A DNA stretch of 62,519 nucleotides, counting the filler. It is 13 parts of 13 records of this genome, joined end to end, with 100 filler letters (N's around TTAATTAATTAA, not from the genome) between each part and the next. Parts side by side here need not be neighbours in the genome. Positions count along the whole stretch, not along the records: positions 21,114 to 27,127 come from SRR9188676_2866; positions 27,228 to 29,653 come from SRR9188676_2869; positions 29,754 to 31,756 come from SRR9188676_2880; positions 31,857 to 34,699 come from SRR9188676_2891; positions 34,800 to 41,768 come from SRR9188676_2893; 8 more parts are not named here. One strand, given 5' to 3'. The notes beneath the pieces were generated by a model, which worked only from the letters and a program-made list of their open reading frames with translations, did not search any database and was not told the origin of the DNA. Of the stretch, positions 23,488 to 36,270 are shown piece after piece. How positions within the stretch are numbered: the stretch's first letter is position 1; the number at the start of each line of letters is the position of its first letter. Position numbers and translations under genes: made by a program.

Positions 23488-26400
23488 ATGAGTGGTAGGA
23501 TAGAGTATGCTTCTGAAAGACTCCTCTCATTAGTTATCTGTTAGACGGAAGCGAATCTGGCGATGCCTGTGATATTGTGTCTGAATCAACTACCATGAGA
23601 TTTTGTCGCACCGCCGGTGATGTTAAAAACTCAACAGATTATCATCCGGAGTATACGCATCAACTCATAGATGATGAAAGAGTAAGTAACTTGTTCTAGA
23701 TCACCTCTTGGAGTTTGTCGGCTGACCGATGTACATTAGGCTCCAACTCTGCCTCCACTCGAGATTCAACTCTATTTTACCACTGGTTCCATGTTTCCCT
23801 ACCTCAAGATCCAAACAGAAAAGAAACTTCGACAAGGTTTGAGGCACAATCTTTCCTTGTCGACATCACTCTTCGCTGACGTTGCATTTTTGTAGAACTC
23901 CAGAAAGAGCTCTCTGAGTGGATGCCTGATGGTTTCGCTTCCTCATTGGATGATTTCCGAAAGGTGAATCCACTTTCAGCTTACATCCACATGTTGTAAT
24001 CAGCAATCTAATTGGTTGGCTCTTAGAAATTGGAAGAACCTTTCACCCCTCCAGGCTCCAAGATCCACGAATATACTGTACAAGATCGTCATTTTGAAAT
24101 CTACAAGGTCTGTATTTCTATCGCTCCTCCTCTTCAGTTACTCATTTGCCCTTCTTACAGGGTACTCTCGAAGACCCGGCGGTCAACCTTTACACACGTC
24201 GCATTCAAGTTTTAGGTCTTTTCGAAATTGATGGTGCTTCCTTCATTGACTCAGAGGTAAGATAGGAAAGGCTAAATTCACATTTTAGAGTCTCTTCTCT
24301 CCTCGACAGCTCGAGTTAATCCTACTTTCTTTAACTGGTCCAATCCATCTTTTCTGTTCTGGTATAGGATACGAAATGGGAGCTGTTTGCGATCTTTGAG
24401 AAATTTAGCAGCGATGATGGAGGCCAACCGTACTCTCTTGTTGCATTTGCCACGGTCTACCCATTCCTCTCCTTGCAGGTATGTGCAGGGGTCTGTCACA
24501 GGCCACTTCTTGAGCCACCTCCGTCACAGAAACACACAGAAAGAAAATCAGGACTATAGCTCTCCATATGTGAGGAATTCAAGGAGGAAAACACAAAATT
24601 TGAACAGGATTTACTAGGTCGCAGAAACAATCAGGTCAAAAGAACAGAAGCAGAACAAAGACGTAGTGAGGAAGTTGGAAACTCAGAACACGACCTCATT
24701 CCTTTGACACTTTAATTATATATAAGGTTTTTTTTTATTATTCCTCATTCGCTGTGTCCTTTGTCTCGGATATTGTTAATAATGGTCTCTCTATCTACCG
24801 TTTTCCATATTTTTCACATCCGTTTCACTGTTTCAGCCCGGCGGGAAAGTTCTCGAGCGAACTCGAGTTTCACAGGTTTGCACGCTGCCCAACTATCGAA
24901 GACAATCTCATGGTCGTAAGTCTTTTACCTATCGATGCTGGAATAACGCTGAAATACCTTTCATCTCGTACACTCGGGATCTACCATTATGATGCCTGTA
25001 TGATCGATTTTATCGGATTACAACTTGACGAAGCTGAAAGCGATACAACACAATAATAGCGAATCTCGTTGAATCAACAGTTCCACAACCAGTTCGAATG
25101 TTATCAGCATTGTCAAATCCCGATCAGGCCGTTTTTTTCTGAAAGTTTTTTCCGTTTTTCTCAAAATGTCGGTTCTGCAGCCCCAAGTTGCGGGCTTAGA
25201 ATCGTTTGCAATGAGAGAGTCTGTGCTTGTTTTTTTGCAATTTTCACTGGACGATAGCAACGACAAATATGACTGGAAAGAATACCTCTCCTTACGCATG
25301 TTCTCCGGTTCTCGAATTCTTATTATCGCCATCCTCATTGTTAAATTGCTTCCTATGCATATTCAATTCAGAACTACTAAATCTTAAGATTCTTGATAAA
25401 TGTGATTTTCTCTGCTAGGCCACATCTTGGAGTGCATCTATCGAGATGCCGCCGCTCGTGGTGCCTTCCAAGTGACAGTAGAAGACCCTTCTCCACAATT
25501 CCAAGCTCTAAGGTATGACCATCAAAACGGAATCGTGACTTCTCTGGATCTCACGGAAATAGATAACTGTAACCGCGAACTATATATTCCGGACTCTGCT
25601 CTCGTTACGCCGATTTGTGATATGATTTGTATTCTTGTATTGCTTTTGCATTGTGATCATACTCCTATCCCCTCTCTTTTTTCCTTTTGTCTCATGCACG
25701 AATGTCATTTGGTTGTTTGCTTTGAATCCTTTCCCATGTGATGATAGGGATTTTGTTGACACGCGGCGGGTGCAGGATAGTGGCCTGGTACCCAAGGATG
25801 TGAACTGGCCTCAGGACGGCTCCGGCCTGGTCAAACTCTTTTCCCAGAAGCTGCTTATTTCACCCATGCAAGCCCAGCGCAGTATGGAGGTACATATGCA
25901 ATTCCCGACCGATACAATGTGGCATCAGCATCTCTCCAATCATTTTCCTCTTCTTAATCGCCTTTCTCCGTCTTCCTCTTCTAGTTTTTCTCCATGTCGT
26001 CGAAAGAGTGGCAGTCTCATGTCGTACCTTCATCTGTTTATTTTCCCCTGTAGATTCTCTGGTGGAGAAGCATCAAGAAGAACAATGAGGATGCCATCAC
26101 ACAGTTCAGGTTATCTGTAAGTCAATTTTTTTTTCTCTTGAGTTCTTACAAGAGATTATTTCAGCTCTCCTTTTGTCAGCTTGACGAGTATTTCAAGTGC
26201 CATCAATGTTTTTCTCTCTTTTTGCTTCAGGTGTTTGATCCCTTCGACATGTTCTGCATCCACTCCTCGAACATATTGGAAGATTGAGCTCGCTTCTCAT
26301 ACAGCATACAACCTCTTCAATAACATTTGTATTTCCACTCTCTTGTCGATTAGATCAAGCGCCGCTTGAACAAGGCCAATGAGGAGACTTTCTCTGCCCT

Positions 26401-26849
26401 TGCTCCCGAAGAGAAGAAAGAAAAACTGGGTATGTCATCAGACTCGCCTGCGCTCGGAAGTTTGCTTCCCTATGAAAGTCGTCGCGTCTACGTTGTCCTC
26501 ATCCTCCTTCCCCCTTCGGATTCAGAACCCTGTTTTGATAATGACTATCATCCGACCTCTTCCCACTGCATTCCTTCATTGAATTTATACCCTTTCCACA
26601 TCCGTATTCTTGCAAGAAGAGAAGCGTCTACCTAAATTGTGGCCTGGGGCAGGTTACTCGATTCACTGTTTGGATGCCCGATTATATGGCACAATGATTT
26701 GATCCTTTGTGAGCTTATTCAATCGTTCGTTCTTCTACCTCTGTTTTTCTTGTGGTTTAACGTTCGTCGCTATGTCTTGTACAGAGGAGCTATATAGCGC
26801 GATTGTGGAAGAGTATGTGGCCGCATCGGATGCCCTGAATCGACATTAG
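23488..26849 (+). CDS. HAT1: Histone acetyltransferase type B catalytic subunit, ~13 exons
   Basis: Spliced motifs YHPEYTHQLIDDE, IDGASFIDSEDTKWELF, RTRVSQVCTLPNYRRQSHG, VTVEDPSPQFQALRDFVD and FRLSIKRRL; ends with TAG at 26847-26849. Confidence 0.93.
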
Positions 26850-27261
26850 TGCTGCATCATGAAGCGGTTGCATCATCGCCGAACACCGAATGATGACCAA
26901 GAAGGACAAAACATTATCGCATTAACATATAGACCACATTATTATCCTGGATTCTTTGAGCAATAATTCAGGTGGGCCAGGTTGCACAAGGACCCAACCA
27001 TCAACCACTGCCCTGTACCGAGGAATACTGACCGATACACTCCAATATTCTCGAATTCCAAGCACCCCACCTCACCTCACCTCACCGCACAGCATATCTG
27101 ACCAGACCGTACATAAGCCACCCACCCNNNNNNNNNNNNNNNNNNNNNNNNNNNNNNNNNNNNNNNNNNNNTTAATTAATTAANNNNNNNNNNNNNNNNN
27201 NNNNNNNNNNNNNNNNNNNNNNNNNNNTTATGAGCTTATTTATGTATGTATGTGTATCCAG

Positions 27262-28960
27262 GTTGTTGTGATGTGCCGGCTGGAGATGTACATGTGCGAG
27301 GCCGCGCTCGCCTTTGCGCAAGGCTCCAGTCTGAACTCACATCTCGTCGATAACATCCTGACTGAGCTCAAGTACGCACAACACTCTGAGTATACACTTC
27401 ATTCACTGCAACCTGGAGTGCTTTGAGAGAGTGATGTCCGTTTTTTTTTACCGAGAAAGAAAGTGCCCCGGTCTTCGACTACATTTGGTTTTCAGACTCG
27501 CGATTTTTTTCCTCAATAAGCCATGAAGATATGTTGAATTTATTCTCACAATGTCTTATTCTTTCTTCATTATGTCTCCAGTAGCAAGTCCGTTGATGCC
27601 GATCTATTCATGCATGGGCTAAACCCATCTTATTTTCACGGCTCCTAGACGTTCTTTGATATCTCTATTAATCTCTGCGTGTGTGTATTATGTTCAGCCT
27701 GTTCCGCATCCACGCGCGGCCGGCCCTGTGGCTGTCAGACGCGTGGGGAGCGATGTCGTACACTGCCGCCGCGCTGATGCTGTGGGGGCTGGGGGCTGCT
27801 GACGTGCACATGGCCGTGGGTACCCCCGCCTCGAATCAGCCTGCGCACCCCGCTGACAGCGACCCTTCACCTGTGTCAGCATCCTCCCTAGCGCACACCT
27901 CAGTGGCATCCACCGACACAGTCACAGGCACAACGCGTGCCACGGGGACCATGACAGCAACCCCCCTGTCGATTAGCATCAGCGCGCCGCCCAGTCCAGC
28001 CGACTCCCCCAGCGCGTCCACCGACATGCCTCGCGGTCTCACCACCACCACCACCCCACACCCACATGCCTCGCAGGCGACTCTCGTCCGCTCCGTCAGC
28101 AAAGGGCTGTCCGCTCGGGCCTCGTCCGCACGCGCCTCGGAACGCAACCTCGCCGATGCAGAGAATCACCAGTCCAAACCTGGCTATTTCTCAGCCTTCA
28201 TGAAGCCATTCAAAAATTTCGTAAGGACCACTGCACCTTTGACTATATCCGTATGCATTATCGCGTTCGACCCACATTAGTTCATCGGTTGTTCTGCACA
28301 ATTTCTCAGTCTAAGGGTTTATCCTGTTTTGGTTGTGATGACGGTGCTGCAGGGGAAGAGGCGGCAGACCAGATCAGGCAGCCCAATCCTTCTCTCAGCA
28401 CGCCATGTACAGCGTGTGACCGAGGGCATGGGTCGCAATGTACCCGCCCTGGGCACAGGCACGGGCACGAGCACAGGCACGGGCACAGCGCAGACATCCC
28501 AGCTCGACGAGACTCAGCTGCTCGAGATCAGGCTGGCTGGCGCATACCATGCTCGCTGCGGTGTAAAATATCTGCACAAGTTCGTGAAGCCATTCCCTAT
28601 CCTGGCTCCTTTCTTCTCAGTTTTTCTGGTACGCTCCATTCTACCTGGGGGTAACAGCCCGAATTTCATGGTTACAGTGCTGGATTGTGTTTGTTACTGA
28701 TGTGCTGTTTTTGTGCACTGTGTGTGCAGAGCGGCGTGCGGTGGCGCGGCGGGGACACCACGGGCGCGATCGCGGCGCTGAAGGAGGGTGTGCAGCGCGC
28801 GCGCGAGCATGGCAACGACTTCATGTGCGCCGTGCTCAACGTGATGCTGGGCACCCTCACGCACAACGTGAGCCTGCGCGAGTCCGCCTCCGCCTATCTG
28901 GTCTCTCTCGGCTTGAGGCAGAACCTTCCGGCCTACCTGTTCCCGAACTTCTTCAGATAG
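27262..28960 (+). CDS. C-terminal exons of a large protein with a TPR-like helical tail resembling soluble adenylate cyclase (ADCY10)-like/STAND proteins
   Basis: Spliced tail LHKFVKPFPILAPFFSVFL/SGVRWRGGDTTGAIAALKEGVQRAREHGNDFMCAVLNVMLG...LFPNFFR*. The family call rests on pattern resemblance only. Confidence 0.5.
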
Positions 28961-30030
28961 TTCGCAGATTTTTGTTCCTGTACATTATATTCATCATTGC
29001 AGATTGTATTCAGATTCTATTGCATAGAATTTTTGCTGATTTTTTGTTCTTTTGTTACTATTTCGTCTAAGAAGTTCCAAGTTCCCGAGCAAACTGATTT
29101 GGAAGTTCCGATGGGCACAAGATCCCTTCACCTGAAGAAAGGGGGCTGTTCTAAATATTTTAGTTACCATTATTTGTATTTCTAACAATCTATCGATTTC
29201 TCAATCACCTCTCAAAAAATCTCTTTTCCTTTACTTTCCTCAGATCCTGTCCGAATTCTTCGATGCGCGCTTTGCATTCGTTTCGGTTGGAAATTTTGTC
29301 TCTTTTTGTAGATCTCGTGTTCTTGACCTATCATCATCCTAATACCCCTTTTTCATCCTAGGTAACCAATCTTTCTCGTGATCCTCTTTCACGAAAGGAA
29401 AACGACACCACACATCAGGAAACAAAGCACGACGTTTCTTTTTGGTGTAGACGCTTTTCAACGCTTGAGCCGTTTTTTCAACGTTCTTAGACGCGCTGGA
29501 AAACGTTGAACAAACGTTGTTATTCTTTTCCTGATTCATCTGTATTATTATTAACTAATTCACTCATGTATTATTAATATTCGTCGCACCTCCCCGTTCA
29601 CCTCCCCGTATGAATTATTGGGTGGAGGCACCATTTTATTAAACAATAAAGTGNNNNNNNNNNNNNNNNNNNNNNNNNNNNNNNNNNNNNNNNNNNNTTA
29701 ATTAATTAANNNNNNNNNNNNNNNNNNNNNNNNNNNNNNNNNNNNNNNNNNNNTGGGAACTATCCCCCTTTTTGACAGTGTAATAAAAGCAGTACGTCCA
29801 ACTATCTAATAAACATCGACCTTTTTCTTCGAGGGTTGCTCAGCGGTTGATTCGATCCGCATAAATGTAATATACGAATGATGATAAAAGACGAGGATTC
29901 TTCAGATAAGACATAATTCTCAAGAAAATGTATTATTTTAATCATATTAAATAATTTACATACAAATATCAGACAAAACACATTCAGAGAAGAGTTCTTA
30001 AGTCCAAGATGATCCACGTTTCGAAGTGAA

Positions 30031-31121
30031 TTATGAAGACGGCTGAATGTTATTTGTAATCCAATCGAGACCAGGATAAAGACCATCACCAGTGAGCGCG
30101 CAGCATCCCTGTAAAAAGATCAGCAAACTCAATCATAAAGTGCAGTTTTATGCAAGTCAAGAAGAATTGATCGGGGAGAAGTTCGAACAATCCGTGTAGC
30201 TCAATGATACACTATAGGGTTTCATTCAATTAAGATTCGGACATTCAGACGAACTGAGTTGAATTTCGTTCAAAGTTTAGAACAGAGAAGACTTGGAGTA
30301 GGTACAATTGAAGTGATATATTCAAGGTGGTGTTTCCAAAATAGCACACACTACAAATAAAATGAGAACGAAAACAGACCTGAATATGCCATTGATGAGT
30401 TTTGATCGCATGTAGAGCCAGAGCATCAGCAATTTCGGCAGCACTCATCGCACCTTTTACATCCTGATGTAGAGGGCAAGGAAAAGTGAGAAAAACAAAC
30501 CTATTTATAATAATAAAATAGGAAGACAGAAGACCTGTTTGTTCGCGAAAACGAGAATGATCGCGGACTTCAGTTCATCGGCAGAAAGCAGATTTAGAAC
30601 CTATACAAAGCGCAATTACATCAGTTACTCGCAAATAATCGCATTATTAGGTAAAAATGAGTTGTCAAGGAGTGAAGCGAACGCGCACCTCCTTCTTGTT
30701 TAGAGAAAGTCGTTCGCGATCAGTAGAGTCAACAACAAAAATTACGGCTTTAGTATCATTGTAATAGCTACAATGAGATAAAGTAAGTAATCTGATCCGA
30801 GGGCCAATTCATTGTCTGCATACGTTTTCCACGACGGTCGTAACCTCTCTTGACCACCTAAGTCCCAGCATTCCAGAGTTACATTCCGATATTGAATAGT
30901 TTCTACATTGCTTCCAATTGTAGGTTGTGTTGTGACCACTTCGCCAAGATGTCTACAAGAAAACCCCTGGTTAGGATTCAAATTCTAATGAAACTGATCA
31001 CGCTTGCTTACAGTTTGTACAATATGGTTGTTTTGCCCGCGTTATTCAGTCCGACAATGACTACTTTCACTTGATCGTTTCCAAAGAGGCGTTGAAATAG
31101 TTTACTGAAAACAAAACCCAT
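30031..31121 (-). CDS. ARL5: ADP-ribosylation factor-like small GTPase, ARL5 subfamily, 6 exons
   Basis: MGFVFSKLF (Gly2), [66 protein letters not shown]. Confidence 0.92.
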
Positions 31122-31280
31122 GGAAAATGATGGAAAAATCACCGGCTTGTTTTTTCCAAAGGTGTCGTCGTCGGGGTAAGAAACTCTGAAAACAGGAAAA
31201 AGTTCATGTATACCACATCAATCAAAGACCATTTTCTCACAACACGAAGTCACAAATCTCGAAGAGAAATGTTAAAGCCG

Positions 31281-31756
31281 ATGAAGGCAGCAGAGGTTCT
31301 CGAGAGTATGTACCTTTTTTTCTGTAGAAAATGAGGTATATTAATAGATCGATATATTTCTCCGAATAGATAAGAGCTCTCCGACGAATTTCTCTGCAAC
31401 TATGCTGCACGATGCAGTGCTGACAGGTGATATTGACTGTCTTGAGGGTCTACTTGCCTCGAAGTCGATGAATCCTAATGCAGTTGATGAACTTGGGTAT
31501 ACCCCTCTTCATTCTTGCTGCCTAGTTGATGATGGCCTTGCTGCCATGGTACGAAGTTTTTGACCCTCACCGGTTCTGTTTTTCTGTCTTATGCCCTATC
31601 AGGAGACTTTCCGCCGCTCCTTTCATTTTTTGGGGTCCAGTCTTCAATTCCGCGCCTTATTCTCTTGCTAACTTGTTTGGATTCTCCTCCCTGACTGCTA
31701 TTCCAGAAACTCATCGAACATGGTGCTGATCCGAACGTGGCTGATTCCATTGGCAC
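31281..31756 (+). CDS. Ankyrin-repeat protein, 5' exons only
   Basis: TMLHDAVLTGDIDCLEGLL...NPNAVDELGYTPLHSCC.../KLIEHGADPNVADSIG. Divergent from ARL5. Confidence 0.8.
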
Positions 31757-32330
31757 NNNNNNNNNNNNNNNNNNNNNNNNNNNNNNNNNNNNNNNNNNNN
31801 TTAATTAATTAANNNNNNNNNNNNNNNNNNNNNNNNNNNNNNNNNNNNNNNNNNNNACGCGTTTTTTGGGAGTGATAGACCCTGGGATGCCAGCGATGCC
31901 AAGAGCGATGCCAAGGATCTGCTGTCAGTCTCTCTCGCCTTCATTAATGGACTGTATTGATGATTCTCTCTCTGGGCCCCCCTTTCACCCTTTCCATGCA
32001 TTAAACCATTTGTTGAAACATCATATTGCTTATTGAGCTGCTGGTTGTGAATTTTGAGTTCTCTCCCGGCAACGGAGTTTTCGACCCCTTTGTGGAACAA
32101 CGGAGAATGGCGGAGAATCGCTGGATTGTCCGGAGATTCTGGGACTTTTCGATGGTTTTCCGGAGGAGAGGTGTTTTTTCGGGCCTTTTCAGATTTTTCG
32201 CTGGCTTATTTGCTAAAAGTAGTGTATCACATCAGCCAATGCCACTCCCCCCATATCAAAAACTGCGGGTATTCGTAATCTCGATTTCTCCCGCCAAATC
32301 TCATTTCCCATTTCCCAACTTTCCCACTAT

Positions 32331-34699
32331 GTGGTCACCAAAACCAAACCTGCTCAAGCCAAAGCAAAAGCGAAAGGGCCACCAGCTTCGGCGATCGTCA
32401 TTGATTTTGATGATGAACCAGATCCTGACGCCACTGATCCAGAAAGTGAGAATGTAGTGCCCGCAAAAGAGAACTTGAGAAATTCAACCAGGACTGGCTC
32501 AAAAGGAACCTTTGCTAAAGAACTGGATCCAGGCCGTTCCCCCCATGATCTTACACAAGCCTACTGCAAAATTTCTGCCAAAGATATTACGCTTCGGACC
32601 ACAGCTCCTTGGTCGACCATGCAAAAACCGAGCTTCATAAGAAATCAGTCCGATTAGTTTCCAGCAACCGGGATATCACTGCAATGACTAAAAGTGGACC
32701 AAACAAGGCTGTACATGTGGAGCTATCGGGCTGAACTACTCTATACGCCTTCCACATTGCCGAGCATTATCTATCTATTAATCCCGTCGACCATATCTCT
32801 ATTTTATTCGAACGAATGTTCTCGGACTCTGAGTTCGCAAAGAAAAGTATCGTTGTGCCCGAACGAAGACAACTTCCATCATCACGGACATTTTCTCTCG
32901 GACCGCATTTCCGTCAACTTGTGGTGAAGAGAATGCAAACAAGACCATTCTCCCTTTTAGCCGATGAATCCACAGACATCTCGAACGAGAAGTTCTTATG
33001 CGTCGTAGCCCGTACCATGGAGCACGATAAAATCAGCGACTATCTATATGCTATGATACCAATTGAAAAAGCTGCCTCTACTGAAAATCTCGCAAATGCT
33101 ATCATTGACCAAGTTGATTCCGAGATGGCATACCTTGGAAGCACTTTCTAGGCTTCGGCTCTGACGGAGCGAATGTCATGCTAGGAAACAACAACTCAGT
33201 GATGACAAGGCTCAAGGTTTGTGTCTCTTCAGAGTCTTCAGTGTGCTTTTCACCAATTCCCATTTTCCAATATGTGTGTCTCATTCCATACTCCTTTGAA
33301 ATCTAATGATATATACAGGAGAAGCAGCCTCATCTTTTTCTATTTGCACTGTATCTGCCATTGTGCACATCTCGCGGCATCTTTTCGACTGTTGAAGCGA
33401 CACGATTCCAACAGATGTAGAAAAATTTATCCGGGAAGTCTACAATTGGTTCTCAAATTCCCCCAAGCGCATCCACCAATTCCTTGACCTCCAAACCGAA
33501 TTTGAAGCTGAGAAGCCGCAAGTTCTACTCAGGCCAGTGCACAGACCCGATGGCTCTCACTCCGCCAGTGCGTGCAAAGGGTGGTCAAGCAGTGGGACAA
33601 AACTTTTGCGCACACATACTTTGACTCGAATGATGTAGATAAAACTCTCGCATTGTAAGACCGCTTTCTTCGCTCCGCGATATATTTTCTCACACTCTCA
33701 ATCTCGCTGTGTATATCGGCCCATTCGCGAAGCACTCCACTCTGGGTTGTACAAGGCATATATCCTATTTATGGATTTCATATTGGATTGCTTTTTCAAA
33801 GCGAAAAGATTGTAATACATAAATTATATTCGAAAAGATGTTCGAACTTCTGCTCTCATATTTTATTGATGCCACGAAGCTGGCTACGTTCACCAATGAT
33901 GAAATATATATGTGTATCTCTTTCTGGTCTCCTTTATATGCTAATGATCTCTGTGGTTATACGTACAGTGGGATCAAACTTCGTTGCCCTCTACATTGAG
34001 AAGGGCTATTTACTCTCACTTCGTCAACAGGCAGTGGTGGGTGTCGGCGCTAAAGAAGCACTCGAATCTTGTCCGAACCGCGAACAAGCTGAGAACCATT
34101 TCTACTACAACATTTACCGGTTCTACCCACAGGCGGTCTTCGATCTCAAGCGATATTTCCCTTTCCGTGATGTCAAGCTCAAGGCATTGGCAATACTCAA
34201 TCCCTTGCAACGCGCGGAAACTATATCCGGATATTACATCCATTGCATTGCTGTTTCCCGCAGTCGTAGCCGGGTCTGAGATGAGATCAACGCGTTGCAG
34301 AGCGAATGGTCTGACTTTCGGCTCATCCCCCTCGCTGAGCTCGAAGGGGTGGATCCGAAATGGCTGCCAGCTCACCTGCTTGATGCGTTTTGGGCTGCGC
34401 TTGGGAGAGGATCCCGAGTGACATTTCATCCGGGATGAGATTCGGACGATTGAGCAGCTTCATGTGCGCCCTCCTTGTCCTGTCGCACTCCAATGCATCC
34501 ACAGAACGGGTTTTTTCCAAGATGAATCTCTACAAAACCGAAGCTAGAAGCCGAATGGAGCTTAATCTCCTTCATTCCCTATTGCAAGTGGGAATCAATG
34601 CTTCGAAAGAATCTGTCTCACTTGTGAAAACTTTGAACCGAGCGCAGCAATGATCGCAAAGGTTCGAGGTCATCAGCAAAACCATGTTCGGCTGAATTG
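32331..34699 (+). mobile_element. Degenerate hAT-superfamily DNA transposon (frameshifted transposase pseudogene)
   Basis: Motifs spread over several frames: decayed Zn-finger (AYCKI...DHAKTELH), AEHYLS...MFSDSEFAK, FSLLADESTD (first catalytic D), GSDGANVM (second D), HCICH (CxxH), TRWLS, HSNASTERVFSKM (catalytic E, dimerisation region). Confidence 0.92.
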
Positions 34700-34987
34700 N
34701 NNNNNNNNNNNNNNNNNNNNNNNNNNNNNNNNNNNNNNNNNNNTTAATTAATTAANNNNNNNNNNNNNNNNNNNNNNNNNNNNNNNNNNNNNNNNNNNNT
34801 ACTGAGCTTAAAAGAGTCATGAAATATAAGTGCCCGAGCGGAGAAACAGACATGTAAGTATTACGTAGGACAGAGCCACACAGGCGCATGCATGGCTCTA
34901 TGCTACACACAAAGTTTGCATCTCGTTCCCATGTCTCTCTCTTTCCTGCTTCTTCCAGACATGGAGACTAACTATTCTATTACGTAC

Positions 34988-36086
34988 GCTCCAGAAACAG
35001 GGTCACACAGGCGTACACGTGGCTCAGTGCTGGCAGCGGCGATGAGGGTGTGTGTCACTGCGGGGTGTGACATGCGTGCACAGTACACTTTGCCGTCAAG
35101 ACCGAACGTACCCACAGGCACAGCACGGTTCGTGTCCCACACCTGCACTCAATTAAGAAAATGGCGTGAGTACAGTATGTCACTGGGGGTGAGTACATTT
35201 ATGTTGCTTTTAGAACCAAAAGGCTAAAAAGAACAAGGCAATGTTCACATTCTTCAGCTTGTCAGTGAGGGCATTTTTTTCCGCGTCGGTTTGCAAACAA
35301 CGCTTCAGGATATCTGATATCTCGTTTCTAATTCTGGAAAAAACCAGTTTAGTTACAATCGTCATGCAAAGGCACAGCTAATGTAAGCCGAATATGCCGA
35401 ATTGCAGCCAACTTCCTTCGGAAAGTGAAATCCAAATCGGTTAATTAAAAAATCCATACAAAAGGGGGGAGTGGGGAGAGTCGTTGGAAAGTGGTTGGTT
35501 CTATTCGAATTTTCGTTGAATAAGTTATAAGAAAGTTATCTGACAGTTGAAGATTGCGGATTGCTTTAACCTGCTCACCTTTACAGTGCGATCCATGGAT
35601 GCCGTAACAAACATGCCAGTGTCGTGAGGATACCAAACTGCTGAAGAGATCGAATACTCATGACTCTTGGATCTCGGAATGAATACCACTGGGCGAAATG
35701 CTGGGTCAGACTGGAAACACCGGGACAAAATAAAAACATGAGCCATGACCAATCCCGTTGTGCAGAAGCTTGCTTCTATACCTCAGGAATAATTTCAGGA
35801 TTGAGGTCAAATATAGAGATCGAACATTCTGAGCTAGCAGAAAGCAAATATCGCCCTTCCGCTGGATCAACCTCCACACTATCACGAGTCGATGAGGATC
35901 AGGATATCGAGCCGATGAATGTTCTGGCTCTCACCTGGTAATCGGTCCACGATGTAGATATGTGAAGTGTTTTTGGTAATTTAATGAAATCTGACTTGTG
36001 CGATAATCAATAATGTTATTCCGAAGAATCGATGGCGAATCACCGAGCTCTCGAAGGATAAGAGGGCCGAAAAACCCAGGCCTCAT
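34988..36086 (-). CDS. ERCC8: DNA excision repair WD40 protein CSA, first four exons
   Basis: HRGPITSVEVDPAEGRYLLSAS, HEYSISSAVWYPHDTGMFVTASMDRTVK/VWDTN and HTLIAAASTEPRVRLCD, matching ERCC8 signatures. Confidence 0.92.
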
Positions 36087-36270
36087 GCAAGCATATGATC
36101 GGATAGGATACTATCTTCAGTTAAAAGACAAAAGTCGGTCCAAGGAAACGAAGATAATGGAGATGAGGACCGGACCAAATGGTCATGTGGCGAACGGGCA
36201 TACGATTCATCTAGTTCGTCACGTCATACGGTACGGGTCTTCACATCATCATGTTCCCATCATGTTCTGA

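Noticed and set aside
31328..31335. Apparent 8-nt micro-exon (AG|AAAATGAG|GT) in the ankyrin gene
   Set aside because: Inclusion shifts the frame and needs a 22-nt intron; a single 64-nt intron (31306-31369) keeps the frame.
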